A stretch of DNA of 64,000 nt, from contig OZ287076.1 of the NCBI GenBank assembly GCA_965645245.1, positions 434,001 through 498,000 on the forward strand, in the 5' to 3' direction. A model generated the notes under the pieces. The model was not told where the DNA came from. It ran no database searches and was given only the letters and a program-made list of their open reading frames with translations. The number at the start of each line of letters is the position of its first letter. Position 1 is the first letter of the stretch. Made by a program: the position numbers and the translations under genes. Source of the DNA: Massalongia carnosa (taxonomy: Eukaryota). Below are positions 51,601 through 64,000 of the stretch, piece after piece.

Positions 51601-54600
51601 TCAAGAAGATGCGCCAATTTTCCCGTAGAAACCATGTCTATGTTCGTTCTGACACCATATCTTCATGCTCGGCCACAGACTCCTTCTGTCAATATCATAC
51701 TTCATCCTATTGACTCTCGTAAGCTCTTTAGGTGTGAATGTTAGGTCGATTCCCGCACCATCTTTGCCTTGAGTAACCGTTTTTTCTGAGTGCAGACCGT
51801 TCGTAGCTGCGCCATTTGTGAGCATTTCATCATTCTCACCTGCCGTCGTCGTCGGTCTCAAATGGCCAATTGCGATACATTAGCCAGAATACAACTGCTG
51901 GTCATGCCATAAGCTCACTAGACCATTTGCAACTTCAATTTCATCCTCCACTTCTTCCTTCGCCCTCGCTTGATTTGTGCTCTTCCGACGCAGGCTCCTA
52001 TCATCGAGATTGCTTTTTGATTTTCTGCTGATGTAAGTTGCTTGCCGACTTTGAGCTTTCGTTCCTGATGGTGAGTAACTCGACAGCCCCGAGCCCTCCG
52101 ACTCTTGAAAGCGTCTGCAAACGAAAAGGTGAGTATTTTATCTTGATGGTCTTGATCCTATATCCTCGATACTTCCACTAGGGGGCTTCGCCAGGCTTGT
52201 AGTACTCGACTCAGGGGGTCTGAGAGTTCCAATGCCGCTATGGAAATCGTCTCCCGACTTCTTGCTCAAAAAGCCTTTTTCATCTGCTCGTGGGAAAGTA
52301 TCATTGTGACGGGCTGTAGATTTGCCAATCGATTGGGAGTTTCCACCCTCGAGATATCGTTGAAAGTCTAGTGACGACATATGCAACGTGGATGCTAAGA
52401 GTTGCGTTGCATCAGCAGAATAGAATCTTGAGGCTGACCTGCAGGGGTGCCCGCTGCACCATACAGACTCGCCGGAGTGTTATCGGGTTGCAATGGACGT
52501 TGAGATCGTAGCAACGTGAAACGTAAGGAAGGCAATGCTAGTATGGAACAGAAGCAAGAACTCATCTAGATAAAAACATTGAGGATGGATATGAAACAGG
52601 TAAAGCACTCAATGAAAGTCTTGGGATGGATTACGCGGAATCGGGACTTGTGCCCGAGTGGGACCGAGCAAACGACCGAGCATTTTGGACACTTCTTGAG
52701 ATCTGCAGAAGCGTGAGGCGAGATGGAAATCCTACAGATCAAGCATTGTTTTTCTAGAGGATCCAAGCTGTTATGATAATATTCAGCAGCAGCTTTTAGC
52801 AACCATTAAAACACAGGTCTCCTCCCGTTGCGCCTGATTCCGAAAGTTGCACACCGGAATATTTGGTTGAGCACCCCATTCATTCCTACATTTGCAAGCC
52901 TCTTTCAACCAGTAGAGCATTCTGCGTCCGGATACTTCTCCCGCTCGGCCTGGGAACCTCTCTACAGGCATAATACCTTCTCGGACGAATTCAATGATTG
53001 CGCATACCCAGTTCCAGTCGACTTCTCGCATCGACTCAGTCTCATCTAACGCAGCATAAGCAAGATGAAGACAGACTTTTGCCGAACCTTTCTGTCATTG
53101 TGAGGCAACGCTGTCGAACGTATCGCTCGCCCTCTGCGGATATGACAAAACTGACAAACTTTCGAGCGCTTTCGCCATCGCATGGCACTTCTAACGGACC
53201 TTGAATGACGCTGTTGATCAAATATTGTATAGGAAGCAGAGCTTCAGCCATTGAACTCGAAGCTTCGGTAAAGGTTTTGTTCATGGGATGTTCAAGAGCC
53301 TGAGAGATGGCTTGTTGAATAGCTTCCTTAGATAGAGATGAGATATGGGGATATGAGACGGCATAGATCAGCTGTACGATGTCATCTGCAGCGTCTGAGT
53401 CGATTCTGTTCATGGCTTCTTGCTGGAATTCATTGTTATTTGTGACCGTTTTGAGAGCGATCAGAACACTTTCCGCTCCGCCTTTATCGATGAAATCGAT
53501 AAAGCACGCTTTCTGTTCCTCAGAGAAACTAGAGTGAAAATTCTGACGTGCATAATCAAATATATGCTCTCGTATTCCATGCCAGGCACTTCCCATTCCC
53601 GAGAGCAAAATTGCTAGCTTTAGCTCGTTCCATAGCTTTGCGACGAGCGCCTTGTGAACGATGGCTTTGCTGTCAAGATCATTGAGATCATCATTGCTTT
53701 GGAGCCGTATTTCAAGCCACCTTGGCAACCGGAAGATGGGAACAGCAATCAAAGAGTCCTCCTCGCCAGTTGCGTAAGCCGGTGGAGGATACTGAAATGA
53801 AGACAGCCACTACCGCCAAAAGAGCCTCTTGAAAAGTAGCCGGCCTTCTTTAATTACTTTGCCGAGATAATGCAAGGCAGCAAGCTGCAGATATCTCCCA
53901 GTATCATTGGGCAAAAGTATCGACATGTATCTAGATGCTATATAGAGGTTTCGATAGCTAGCAACGGTCTTTGGGATGCATTGGGCGATACTTTCTGTGA
54001 ATGGAAGGCCAGTTTCATCCTGTGCTGAGGCCACGAGAAGCAAGTCCAGCTTCAGAAGATCCTCATATTGCTCAGGATCACTCGCAAATCCTTGTAAGAT
54101 AGCAGTCTCGACGGGGATGGAACAACGAAGACCGGCCCTGAAGGACTTGTCTGGCGCTTTAAAAATCCAATTGACACCTAATATTGAATCGCCGATCTAG
54201 TATTACTAGTTCTTAAAAACCTAGTTTCTGTTTGGAGGTCTTGAAGGCGTCTCCGAGACCTTTGGCAAAGATTAATGATATCTTGTGAGACAGTTCTTCG
54301 ACCCAATAGGATGAACAATTTTATCAACATGCATTGGTCCTCGCGCGCATTTTCAGTCAGCAGTGAAGTGAAACGCTGAATGAGGTTATCACTGTTTTCT
54401 GAAGAGTCATAAGAGATGGGACCCAGCTCTAAGGTGGTTTGGAACGTCTGGAAATGTACACTCGCGAGTCTGACTGCTAAAGGGTTGTGGCGCAAGGACG
54501 AACTCAACTTAGACACTTCGAATCTCTGTGCTTGTGTAAGCTCCAGGTTTGCGCACGGTAAGATGAATAATGCGAACGCTTCGTCAATCTGAAGTAGTGG

Positions 54601-56151
54601 CATTGGAACGGAAAAAAGTCGGTCATTTGGCCGTTTTGTTCCCATCATGATGTTTTCCGTGCGGCTTGTAAATATTATTTTACCCCAAGGTACGATTTCA
54701 GGTAAGATGTCTCGAGTTCCGAACTAGCATTGTCGAAGATCAAGATCCATTTGCCGTTGACAGGATCAAGAAATAATCGTGTCACAGCACGGTAATGATT
54801 TCTTGAGAATTCTCCAAACCTACCGGGCGCGATGCAAACCGAGGCTCTGTTATACCAGTCTTGTAGACTATCCAAACTTTCGACTCCGAACCAGAAAACA
54901 GAGTAAAAATCCTGCTGCATTCGCGCGAATTCAAGCACTAATGAGATTTTCTTGCCTCTCGTTTAGCGACTGGAATGAACTTCAGGTACTGAATACTAAA
55001 CCCAGACCCAGAACATCCGTGCAGAATGAAGGACGGTGAGTCACCACAGAGCTATTGCGTAAGCTGCAGCTTGGCAGCTTCATGCCCAATAAATTATTTC
55101 GGCTCTGTAAAGTTGACCGTTGAGAGAGGAGGAGCAGATGTGGCTACGGAGACCTGAAGTTTGTGCTCCGATTGCTGTTCTTCGGCGGCCTTCGTTGGAT
55201 CCTCTGATCTCTCGTCCGGAGCCCTCCTCTTAGCCAAGGCTACCAGCCTTTTTATATGGCGCACAATTCTTTGGAATACGCTGTCATTCGTAAACTTGCA
55301 GATTTATCGGTGATCACGGTTCAGATCTAAGACATGTTCTCGATGTCCAGGAAGTCTTCTTAGAAATGCTTAAAATCCGCAGTGAGGCGAGCCAAGAACG
55401 GGGAGTTCTTTTGGAGAGATTTGACCAAGTCATTTCCGTCACTACCTGTGAGAAATCGCACTACATTGACAGCCAGTTGGCCGAGTGTCGCTCCGTTGCC
55501 ACCTCTGTGAGGAGTTCTAAAGAACACAATGGCACTGGTTCCCCGCCGTATGGATACAAATTGACGATTGAAGCTCGCTGTTAGTAAAGCCTATAAAGTA
55601 AGTCTGAGGTAAGATGGGCAAGAAGGCAAGTCTGAGGCTCACATACCTGTTTGACGACGAGACCTCCCAGACTGTGACAGACGAAAATTATAGGCCGAAG
55701 ACACAGCGTTTCCTAATCAGTCTGAGATAGAGAACAACATCGGATGACAATTGAAGCACGGACCGATCTTTCGTTGTTGAGTAAATTGAGTAAGTCGTTT
55801 GCATGTTGGCGTATACCTGCCTCTGAAGCATCCCGTGCAATGTTTGCATTGTACGCAAAGAGCATTACTTGAGCTGTTGGGACAAGAGGCGGCAGAAGGT
55901 CTATAAGCCATAAAGTCCCATCTGCATCAGTCCAAGTCTTTTCTGCATGTCCATCATGGCTCAAGAGGTTCAAATCATGCATAAATATGAGACTAACCCA
56001 GATATCAATTCAGCTTCTTTTCAGGTGATTGGCTAAGCAAGCTTACTCAACTCCTTCTCAAGGCGGTCTGTTCCAGCGGCGAGAGCTCGCAGCGTTGACG
56101 GCTATAAATATCAACTAGGTTTGATTCGTATGCTGCATAGATTCTCACCAT
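51601..56151 (-). pseudogene. Fungal NLR-like pseudogene: SesB-type alpha/beta hydrolase + NB-ARC-like P-loop NTPase + helical/Cys-rich C-terminus
   Basis: VDLIFMHDLN, WLIDLLP, FAYNA, RPIIFVCHSLGGLVVKQAL, FFRTPHRG and LNRDHR*ICKF; Walker A region LHGCSGSG(K); Walker B KWILIFDNA; IIFTSR; PLAV. Several in-frame stops and frameshifts plus an apparent internal deletion. The 3' end is uncertain. Confidence 0.8.
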
Positions 56152-56298
56152 TGCAATGTCCGTCAGGGAGGACTAGTTAAGCAAATGTAGTTGTTAGCAA
56201 CTTTGGCTCCAAAAGATAGCCCCGCAACTGTCTATCTGGCCGTCTATTTTAGTACTAAAAAAAGGAGAAGTAGCGCCCCAGCATATCTGTAGCACGTC

Positions 56299-56614
56299 TG
56301 AGTGTAAAATTCAAGATTAACGATCAGGACAAGAACGATTTCGACATTATAAATAAGCGTCACATATTCATTATTTTTATGTTTATAACGTCATCGTCAT
56401 GCAGAGCAATTTTATGTACAGTTTATTATTTTCGTCAAAGTCGATTCCCGATTTCTATGCGAACTTCAATCAGATTGCCTCACAGAAAACTTTTTTTTAC
56501 AAATTTCACTTGAAGCTCGTGTCAAAAGAAAAAGCAATTCGTCAAAATGTCGAGAAATCGCAATAATACACAATTATTACGAATATCTGCTCGTAATTTT
56601 GAATTTTGCGCTCA
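56299..56614. mobile_element. Putative MITE with AT-rich core
   Basis: Imperfect TIRs TGAGTGTAAAATTCAAGATTAACGATCAG (56299-56327) vs rc TGAGCGCAAAATTCAAAATTA-CGAGCAG (56587-56614) around a non-coding AT-rich interior. TSD not resolved. Confidence 0.55.
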
Positions 56615-56899
56615 TGTTATCGCCGTTACGCTAGTCAGCTGGGACGCTAATCCGAAGGAGCTTAGCGCAATAGGCTAGCCCGAAGGGGCTTAGAGGGCTT
56701 GTAGAGCCACCATGCAACTGAGGCAACGCGTCTCAGCAAAAGTCGGCGATGCTGACTAACCGAAACCGGACTTTCAAAAAACATGTCGTGTCCGATTACC
56801 AAGGATCACTCAAAATTTATTCATGGCTGACCTCCTGGGCTTCTTTGTCTGATTGAAACCACTGGCAAAGATGTCATTCTTCCATTCTGTTGTTCGATC

Positions 56900-59640
56900 A
56901 TGGTACAGCTGCTTCCACATCCGCCAACCAAAGCCACCCCAACATTCAGCAACAGTTCGGTCAGTGCCAAAGCTGCGGCGATGCCACCTCAAGCCTTAAG
57001 TCCATCAGCGTTAAGCCGCCAATCGTCTCCAACACGGCCAGCCTCAGGATCCGATGCGTCAGATAAAGCAACAGCGGCGCTTATAAGGCGTGTGCTGTGT
57101 CCATACATCCATGTGGGTTCTGGAGAACCCACTCCGATTGAGTACCTACTCCCTCCTTTGACCAGCAACAATGATGTAGATCTACAGCTTTATGCTATTG
57201 TTGCTATAGTGGTCAAGGAATTGGTTTCTAGCTGGTATGGTAAGATTACTCCTGATCAAACCTTCGTTGAGGAGATTGTAAGGATTGTTGCACATTGTAC
57301 ACGAACATTGGAAGGACGGCTACGGACTGTTAACCTCGAGAGTTTGGTCTTTGATGAGATTCCGGAGCTGGTAGAGAGTCATGTGCTAGGTATGTGGGGA
57401 CGCGACCAAGTTCACCTGAAGTGTAGTTGAACTGATGGAAAGCCAAACAGCATACCGAATTAGTTACCCACCTATACCATCGCCACTGAGGACTAATCCA
57501 CGCACCATATATCATAGCCTCAATCCTCATCCGGCGCTGTCGCCCGTTCCCGATCATACTGAAGATTTAGCAGGCCTGGAGCAGTGCGCACATGAGAGGG
57601 CATACAGGCAGCTGCTGGTACAAGGTGCACTAGCGGTGTTGTTACCTACAGAAGACCTGGAGAACCCTTTTTTGCGGACGCTTGTGGCGGATGCCATTGG
57701 CGAAACTATACTGGGTAATGCTATCGGAGGCAAAGCATGCAAAAGCTGGTTTATCTGGGGTAACATAGTCAAGATCGTCGAAGGAATCCAGGCCCGCCGG
57801 GGTCATGACCCCTTGAGGGAAGGAGTTGAAACTGAAACTCCGAGCCGATTGGTAAGATTTGGCCTGTTGGCTGAAAAGGATCAGACCGCACAATTCACTG
57901 AGCATGCTCTGCGCTCGACGCATTCTCAGTTGTTCTGGCGAATCCTTCAACACGGGTACTTCGCCGTTCTCGTGATCCGCTTTATGTTCCTCGGCATTGT
58001 TGCAGCGTCCTCCCAATATCTGCAACCATCATCATCATCGAATAACACCATACAGGGGATCTACACGTCCCCAATCGTAAAGATCGTCGAATCGCCCGCT
58101 CCTCGCCCGATCCTGAAGTTCAGGATCTTTTCGCTTATCTCCCTTCTCTTTAATCTTCCCCTCCGAATGCCCTGGCTGTCAGGCTCCCTTTCGCTCCTTC
58201 AGTACCACCTGATCCATGGGCCTTGGAAAGTTGGTGCCACAAACGGATTGTTCAACCAGTAAGTGCCCGCATTTCATACCTTGTGATTTAGTTGGTCGCA
58301 TCACCATTGCGTTTATTTACCGACTCGCATGACAATCCAGTCACTTGACCTTGTAGTGTCTGCATGCAGTCACCCATGGAATAATCTTCACGGGCCGCTA
58401 GAGGGCTGGTCATTCTCGCTTCTCCATTATCGTTGTGCAGGATGCAGTATCTGCAAGCGTCCTCGTTCGACCGGCGCCACAGGCGAGCATTTGGCCTAGA
58501 CTGAACGCGCCCGTTGGTCTACCCACACCTTGTCAAAAACCGCTTTTCAGAAATCCTTGTTTTTCCTCTAGCGCAATTGTCGCCATCTTTTTCCCGCAAA
58601 GTTGCGTATTTCCAGTACTTAGTTTTGCACGAATGCATCGAGGAAAACCTGTAAATCCCTATTAAAACCTTAACGCAGAAAGATACTATCGTTTCTTTAC
58701 TCCGTCAACGGGTAAGGGACAGAGTAGTTTTGCGGCTTGTAAGCGCGGAATTACCTGAGCAAAGTACCGAAAGATACACGCCGATCACGATCTTTGTATT
58801 CTGTATTATTTATGTACTTCGTTTTTTGCTCTACCCTTTATGGTTCGCAATTACCCCTAGTCCATCCCATTTTCGGGCTTTCGAATCCTGCGAGCCTCGT
58901 ATTCATTCACCGTATTTTGTCTGGGCTGTTATTCCTTGCTCTGATTTCCAGCAGCCCCCACTTTTGCACTGCCAGAAGGAAAGCCACCAAACGTCCATTC
59001 AGCCGCGTAAACCTGCCTCCAAATCATGGTTTCCACGCTAACTCTCATGCTAAACCCTACCAGCCAATCATGCTCTATGATATCATCCTTTATTGCCCCT
59101 TTTACTTCCTTCCTTTTTTGAAGCTTCGCAGTTCTGGTCAACACACATCCTGTTTAGGAAAAATCTAGCTAACGGCTTCCCCCTTTGTGTGGAAAACACA
59201 ATAGATTCATCCACCACCTCATTGCCACACACCTGCATCCCCCGACCCTGCTCCCTCCCCTACTCGCCTCCCTCCGCGCCTCTCTCTTCCCCAACTTCTC
59301 CCTTCCCCCCCCGGCTGCCTCCCCACCGCCCTCGCCAGCCGAAAAAAAAGCCCTCAAGCGCGCCTGTGCCCGTGCCCTGCTTTCCTTCTTCCCGGCGCCC
59401 GTCGCGGCTAGGCTTTTTGACAGCATCCCCATTGTCCGTGATGGGGAGGGGGAGGACCACGGCAAGGAAGCGGCGCTGCGCGAACTGGAGGCGGAGCTAG
59501 ATGTGTGGAGCGATTCGTATATGAATCGGCATTTGGCGTATTCGGTGCTAGAGCTATGCCTGGTGCGGGTGTTGCCGGAGATGGGCGAAGTCGGGGTGAA
59601 GGAGTTGATGGAGAAGAGATTGGGCGGGGCGGAGGAGTGA
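56900..59640 (+). CDS. PXA-domain protein
   Basis: Exons 56900-57389, 57450-58258 and 59205-59640. LLPPLTSNNDVDLQLYAIVAIVVKELVSSWYGKITPD, YRQLLVQGALAVLLPTEDLENP, and LDVWSDSYMNRHLAYSVLELCLVRVLPEM. Confidence 0.88.
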
Positions 59641-59952
59641 AAAAATGGTTGGAGGGGTATGTTATCAGGGATTTGGAGGAGGGGTTCTTTTTGCTTCGGA
59701 TTGTCCACATTCGTTACCATATTCGTTAGAAAAGGAATACTTAGCGTCGAAGAGAAAACGAGAAAAAGAAAATAAACCCCCCCGGTGATTCCTTCCTCCC
59801 TAACCTCCTCCTATTCCATTAGCTCTTGGTGTCAATCCATTCCCACAAAAGTACACGTTTCCAGATGCGGCAAAGGCTTCATTTTGGTTTGATTTATACA
59901 CGACATAATTCCCCCATCCCAGTTTCCCCATTCTGCCCTTAAAGGAGAAATG

Positions 59953-59956
<4 letters not shown>

Positions 59957-59989
<33 letters not shown>
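59957..59989. repeat. (GA)n microsatellite
   Basis: About 16 GA units seen directly. Confidence 0.9.
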
Positions 59990-59992
<3 letters not shown>

Positions 59993-60978
59993 TCGCTAGA
60001 TAAAATCCCCCCCGCTCCTTCCCCTCTTTGCATTTTCCTCTTCCTGATGGCCAAACAAAAGCACAAGCGCGCCTGTAGGAGGAAATATGAATAGGGATCG
60101 GAATGAATAGGACTATGAAAAGAAAAGGCCATATACAGAAACGGACCCCTCCCCTCTCCCCCCTCCCCCCCGGCCTCCCAAGCAAACATGCCTTCTAGCA
60201 TATCTACGTACAAAAATACGCGGTCATCATTCGCCTTTCACTGCCTTCCCCTTCCTTCCCCTATCGTCGGGGTTACCGGCCGTCTTGCCGCTGCACCCCT
60301 CCAAGGAATGAAAACCATGTAGGTATGAAAAAATGCGAGAACGAGAAAACGAAACGGATGACCAAGGAGAAAAGCCGCGAGGCTGGGTATGTTTAATGAT
60401 ATCAGTCCCTCTTTCACAACTAAATCACACTCGTTCATGCCCGACCGACCGACCAAAAAAGAGCAAGGAAATAAAATATGAAGAAATCAACCACTTTTGA
60501 GCAAGAAACCAATGCAGCTTCAATCATCAGGCCCTTTCCCTCCCTCCAACCCCCAAACACCTCATCTTCTGAACGAAATATCGTGGCTGGCTTGGTGGTT
60601 AGATGGATGGGCCAGAAGAGAGAGAAAAATCGTAAGAAGAAAATGTCGGAAAACCCCGAAAAACGCCAGAAGCCAGAGTTATTAAGCTGGTGAACGAGCA
60701 TATGTACGTATGTGTATGAAATATAGCCGAAGAAGCCATGGGCGAGGAATAATGGTTGCTTTTGCGTTTTTGCGTGCCGTCTTCTGCTGTGGGAATAGGG
60801 GGGGGGGTTTTTGGCAAAATATTGCTTTTGATGCAAGGGGTGGCTCGGTGAACCAGAAAGGCGAATCGAAGGAAAAACCCAATAAATACTCCGGACCCAA
60901 TTGGTGAAATGCGGCAAATCCACGTCCAAATCGTCGTTCGTACAAGGCGAAAACGATTCCAGAAAAGGGATAATTTCC

Positions 60979-62797
60979 TCAAAGCGAATGGATGCTCCGT
61001 TTCCGATTAATCGGCAAGCCCCCCTCTCCCCTCTCGCCTACAGCCATTGAGTGCATCCCACCAGGCAGCCCGTTGCCCTGCAGTTTAAGCTTCTCCATCA
61101 ATTTACCCATCGTGATGTACTCCTGCGGATCCACACCCGACGGCTGGTGTTGGAAGAAGGACATCAGGACCTCCAGCGCGCGCCTCGCTTCATCTTGCGA
61201 CGGGGGATGGATAGGCGACGAGATACCGCTAGCGCTGGCGCTACCGATGCGAGGCGAAGGGCTTATACTCATGCTTGGGTTGGGGGGGGGGGCCATGGAG
61301 ACGGGGCTGTTATTCAAATTCGGGGTATTGGTGCTCGTGCCAGGATGCTGATGCTGATGCATGGTGGAATCTATACTCAGAGCCGACTCCTCCAGTTCCT
61401 CTATTGGCGACTCTAGCGCCGGAGTAGCCATGGACTGCGCATGGTACTTGGGAGTGGAAGGTTCGGAGCCGGACGGGGTCAAGTACGAGGTTTCTGGCCC
61501 ATTTGTTGGAAACGTGCCGCGGCGCGGCCGCAGGGAACCGGCGAGAAGGGGTAAGCGGGCTTGTTGTGACGGTAGGCAGGGGCTCGGGCCGCAGCTGGAG
61601 GCTGGTGAGAAATAAGGCGAGGTAGGACTCCTGAGCTCGCTGGAGAAGTTGGACACCATGGTATTGTCGGAATAGGAGCTGATCAGGGAAGTTGCGCTTT
61701 GCGAATGAGTGTGTCGGTAACTGAAGTCGAGATAACTATCTGGGCTGCTGGTCTTCATTTTATCATGTCCTTGGCATGGCGAGCCCGGCACCATACTTTG
61801 AGGGGAGATAGGGGATATTCCATTCGGCGTTTCGGAGCCTGACTTTGACTCTGGAAGAAGGCCGCAATCCGACTCGTTTGCATCGGAGCCTTTTCGGGCT
61901 TTAGCACCGAGCAACTGGTTTTTTTGCTTGAATTTCTCCAGCCATATGGGACTATTGACTTTGGTGTGGCATTCCGCGCTACCAACAGTGGTGACAAAGA
62001 ACCTAGCCTTATCTCGAATAATGTCATCGCTAAGAGGGAGGCCTTGGCGCTGATAATTCCTCGCCCAAATTGATAAAGCCCGCTCTATATCGGGAAATTT
62101 TCCTTTCGATCGCTTGATGGGCGAACGGCTCCCGTCTTCAGGGTAAAGATATTTTTCTTTTTGCCGCAAGACTTTGGAAACGGTGCTGCACCAAAGATCA
62201 GCCACAGAGCTAGAGCGCTGTTCCGACGATGAAATCATTACCTTCTCTCGACACCAAATAACGCTGATTAGGGGTGGTTAGCCAAAGGCACTCGAAGGCT
62301 AACGATTCTCAAGACATACATCCAATCTCGGTCTGTTTGATAGTGGGGTGGTCTTCATGATACTGACACATTTTTCGGCGATCTTGATCCGTTAAAGTTT
62401 TCCTCGCTGTCGATGGCGCTGGGGTGCTTATAGCTGGCGGAGCCGAATGCGACGCAGCAGTTGTTGATAGAGGAGCGAGAGCGCGAGGCAAAGGAATAGC
62501 AGTAGGGGGTCCTTCGGACGGATTCGTAATTTGGCTCGGCCACTGTGGCATAATCAGAGGATGTAAGGGCGGGTTAGCGGCGTAAGAGGTGTGAATTGAA
62601 CGAGTATATATGGAATCCAGCGGAACGTGGGTGGAGGACATGAAGCCATAACCATTGTATTCGTGCAACGGCGACTGATGCGGCGAGTGGTCACTAGCGA
62701 TTTCTACCCATTGCCCACTCCCAAAATCCTCGTCTTGCGGAGCGGAGGGATTCTGCTCGACTTTCATGCCCATTGAGTCCATGGCCGAATCTTGCAT
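60979..62797 (-). CDS. CENP-B-like HTH DNA-binding protein (CENP-B N-terminal HTH + Tc5-type HTH, no DDE domain)
   Basis: Exons 62797-62320, 62263-62242 and 62185-60979. RKTLTDQDRRKMCQYHEDHPTIKQTEIGSLFGVERSTVSKVLR followed by KFPDIERALSIW...WLEKFKQKN, then a Ser/Pro-rich tail. Confidence 0.88.
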
Positions 62798-64000
62798 GAT
62801 TTGAGCGGAGAGCGACGGTCAGTCGCTTTCTATTGCAGGTACCGAGGATTTAATCGACGGGGTCCGATATGTGCCCTCAGGCTCGCTCAGGTACTCACGC
62901 TCGTTCCTTGCAAGCGTCCCTGTACGAGTAACGTTTCCAGCGGCAGTCTGCATGCACGATTTCATGGCAGGTCCTCGTCGAGGTAAAAAGCTAGGCACGA
63001 CCACGCAAGTCAGCGACGTGGTACCGTCATTTTCAGCATGCACCTGAAACCGAGTGCATACCTGATGATTCAACCTGACCAGACAAACGGATCCACCAGA
63101 AGAGGTTTAGATTTGGACAGAGCCGATGACCAGTTTGAATTGGATGAAAGATTATATACTGCATGAAGATAGAGGTTGCATGGCCTTTTACCGGTCGGTA
63201 AGGGTTTTTTTGGGGAAGCTGCTGTCTCAGAGGTTCTCAGAGGGGGAGTGAGGTGGGTTCGGTACATGTACCTTATACCAAGTACAGATACCGAATAATA
63301 CGGTACGAACAATACCCGATGCGGTGTAGTGTCAGTACGGAGTAACACCAAGATTTATCCGTGCTTTATCGATTGGCCGAAGGGAAGAAACCATGGAAGG
63401 AGCAAAGCATAAACATGGATGATGTCAATCCGTTCGATTAACTCAATTAATTCAAAATATTCAAAATAACGCGGATAATTCCAATAGTTCAAATAACTCG
63501 CTTTCATTAATGTCCATTCGGTTCAGTTCGCAGAGTGTGACGGATCGTTACGGTTCATCGGTTGTGTCCAGTAGCTTGTCAGTGTCAGTATTCGTTAAGT
63601 TGCAGAGTCACTAGGATACCTCGGAAAGGCACTCCAACGACTTGATAACTTGCCTTAATGCCCGGCGGGTAGGCAATGTGCGGATAGGCAGATGAAAAGG
63701 TGTAGGTGGGATTTTGACGGCGGTTGGGCTGACACTAAACTCACAGATGCTTCCCACGACGCTCTTGATCCACCTCCGACCATACATCTCAGGGTCCCAC
63801 TACACCATCATCACTCCATCCATTATACCATTTTACCTTTTTACATTACAGTTTTACCTTTTTACCATTTTACCCTTTTACCTTTTTGCTTTTTGCGTTT
63901 TACGTTTTGCTTAGTTGTACTCATTTGTGCTTCTCCTTCCCGATGATGATTTCCAACCATACGGAGGGAATAGGCAAGTCTGGAAGGACGAGGTGCTCAC

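Noticed and set aside
58860..58900. tRNA-like TTCGAATCC
   Set aside because: No pairing T-stem, D-arm or acceptor stem could be built.
1..64000. CRISPR arrays, rRNA, prokaryotic operons or defence systems
   Set aside because: The sequence is intron-rich fungal DNA. No repeat-spacer arrays or rRNA signatures were seen.

Overview
Eukaryotic DNA from a filamentous ascomycete. The short GT-AG introns have CTAAC/CTGAC branch sites, and the secreted-protein families suggest a lichen-forming Lecanoromycete, which is my inference. Most of the window is a dense block of intron-containing housekeeping genes, often in head-to-head pairs: a conserved hypothetical protein (5'-truncated), ferric reductase, Stb3, a TBC Rab-GAP with a DFGDF-motif protein, Yippee, a 12-exon Zn-dependent dehydrogenase, a KH RNA-binding protein, myotubularin Ymr1 with RPS3, the PP2A A subunit with PheRS beta, glycogenin, a PXA-domain protein and a CENP-B-like HTH protein. 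Two accessory patches interrupt this block. At about 5.8-8.5 kb there is a pogo/Tigger-type deletion derivative and a decayed secreted-protein gene. At about 41.3-56.8 kb there is a possible retroelement scrap, another decayed secreted-protein gene, an intact Cys-rich secreted protein, a divergent NMNAT, an alpha/beta-hydrolase-NB-ARC (fungal NLR-like) pseudogene and a MITE-like element. I found no rRNA, tRNA or CRISPR features and no clearly novel system. The best leads are the NMNAT/NLR/secreted-protein island, three small TIR elements, a 946-nt intron and several splicing oddities. All gene models were spliced by eye and no database search was run.
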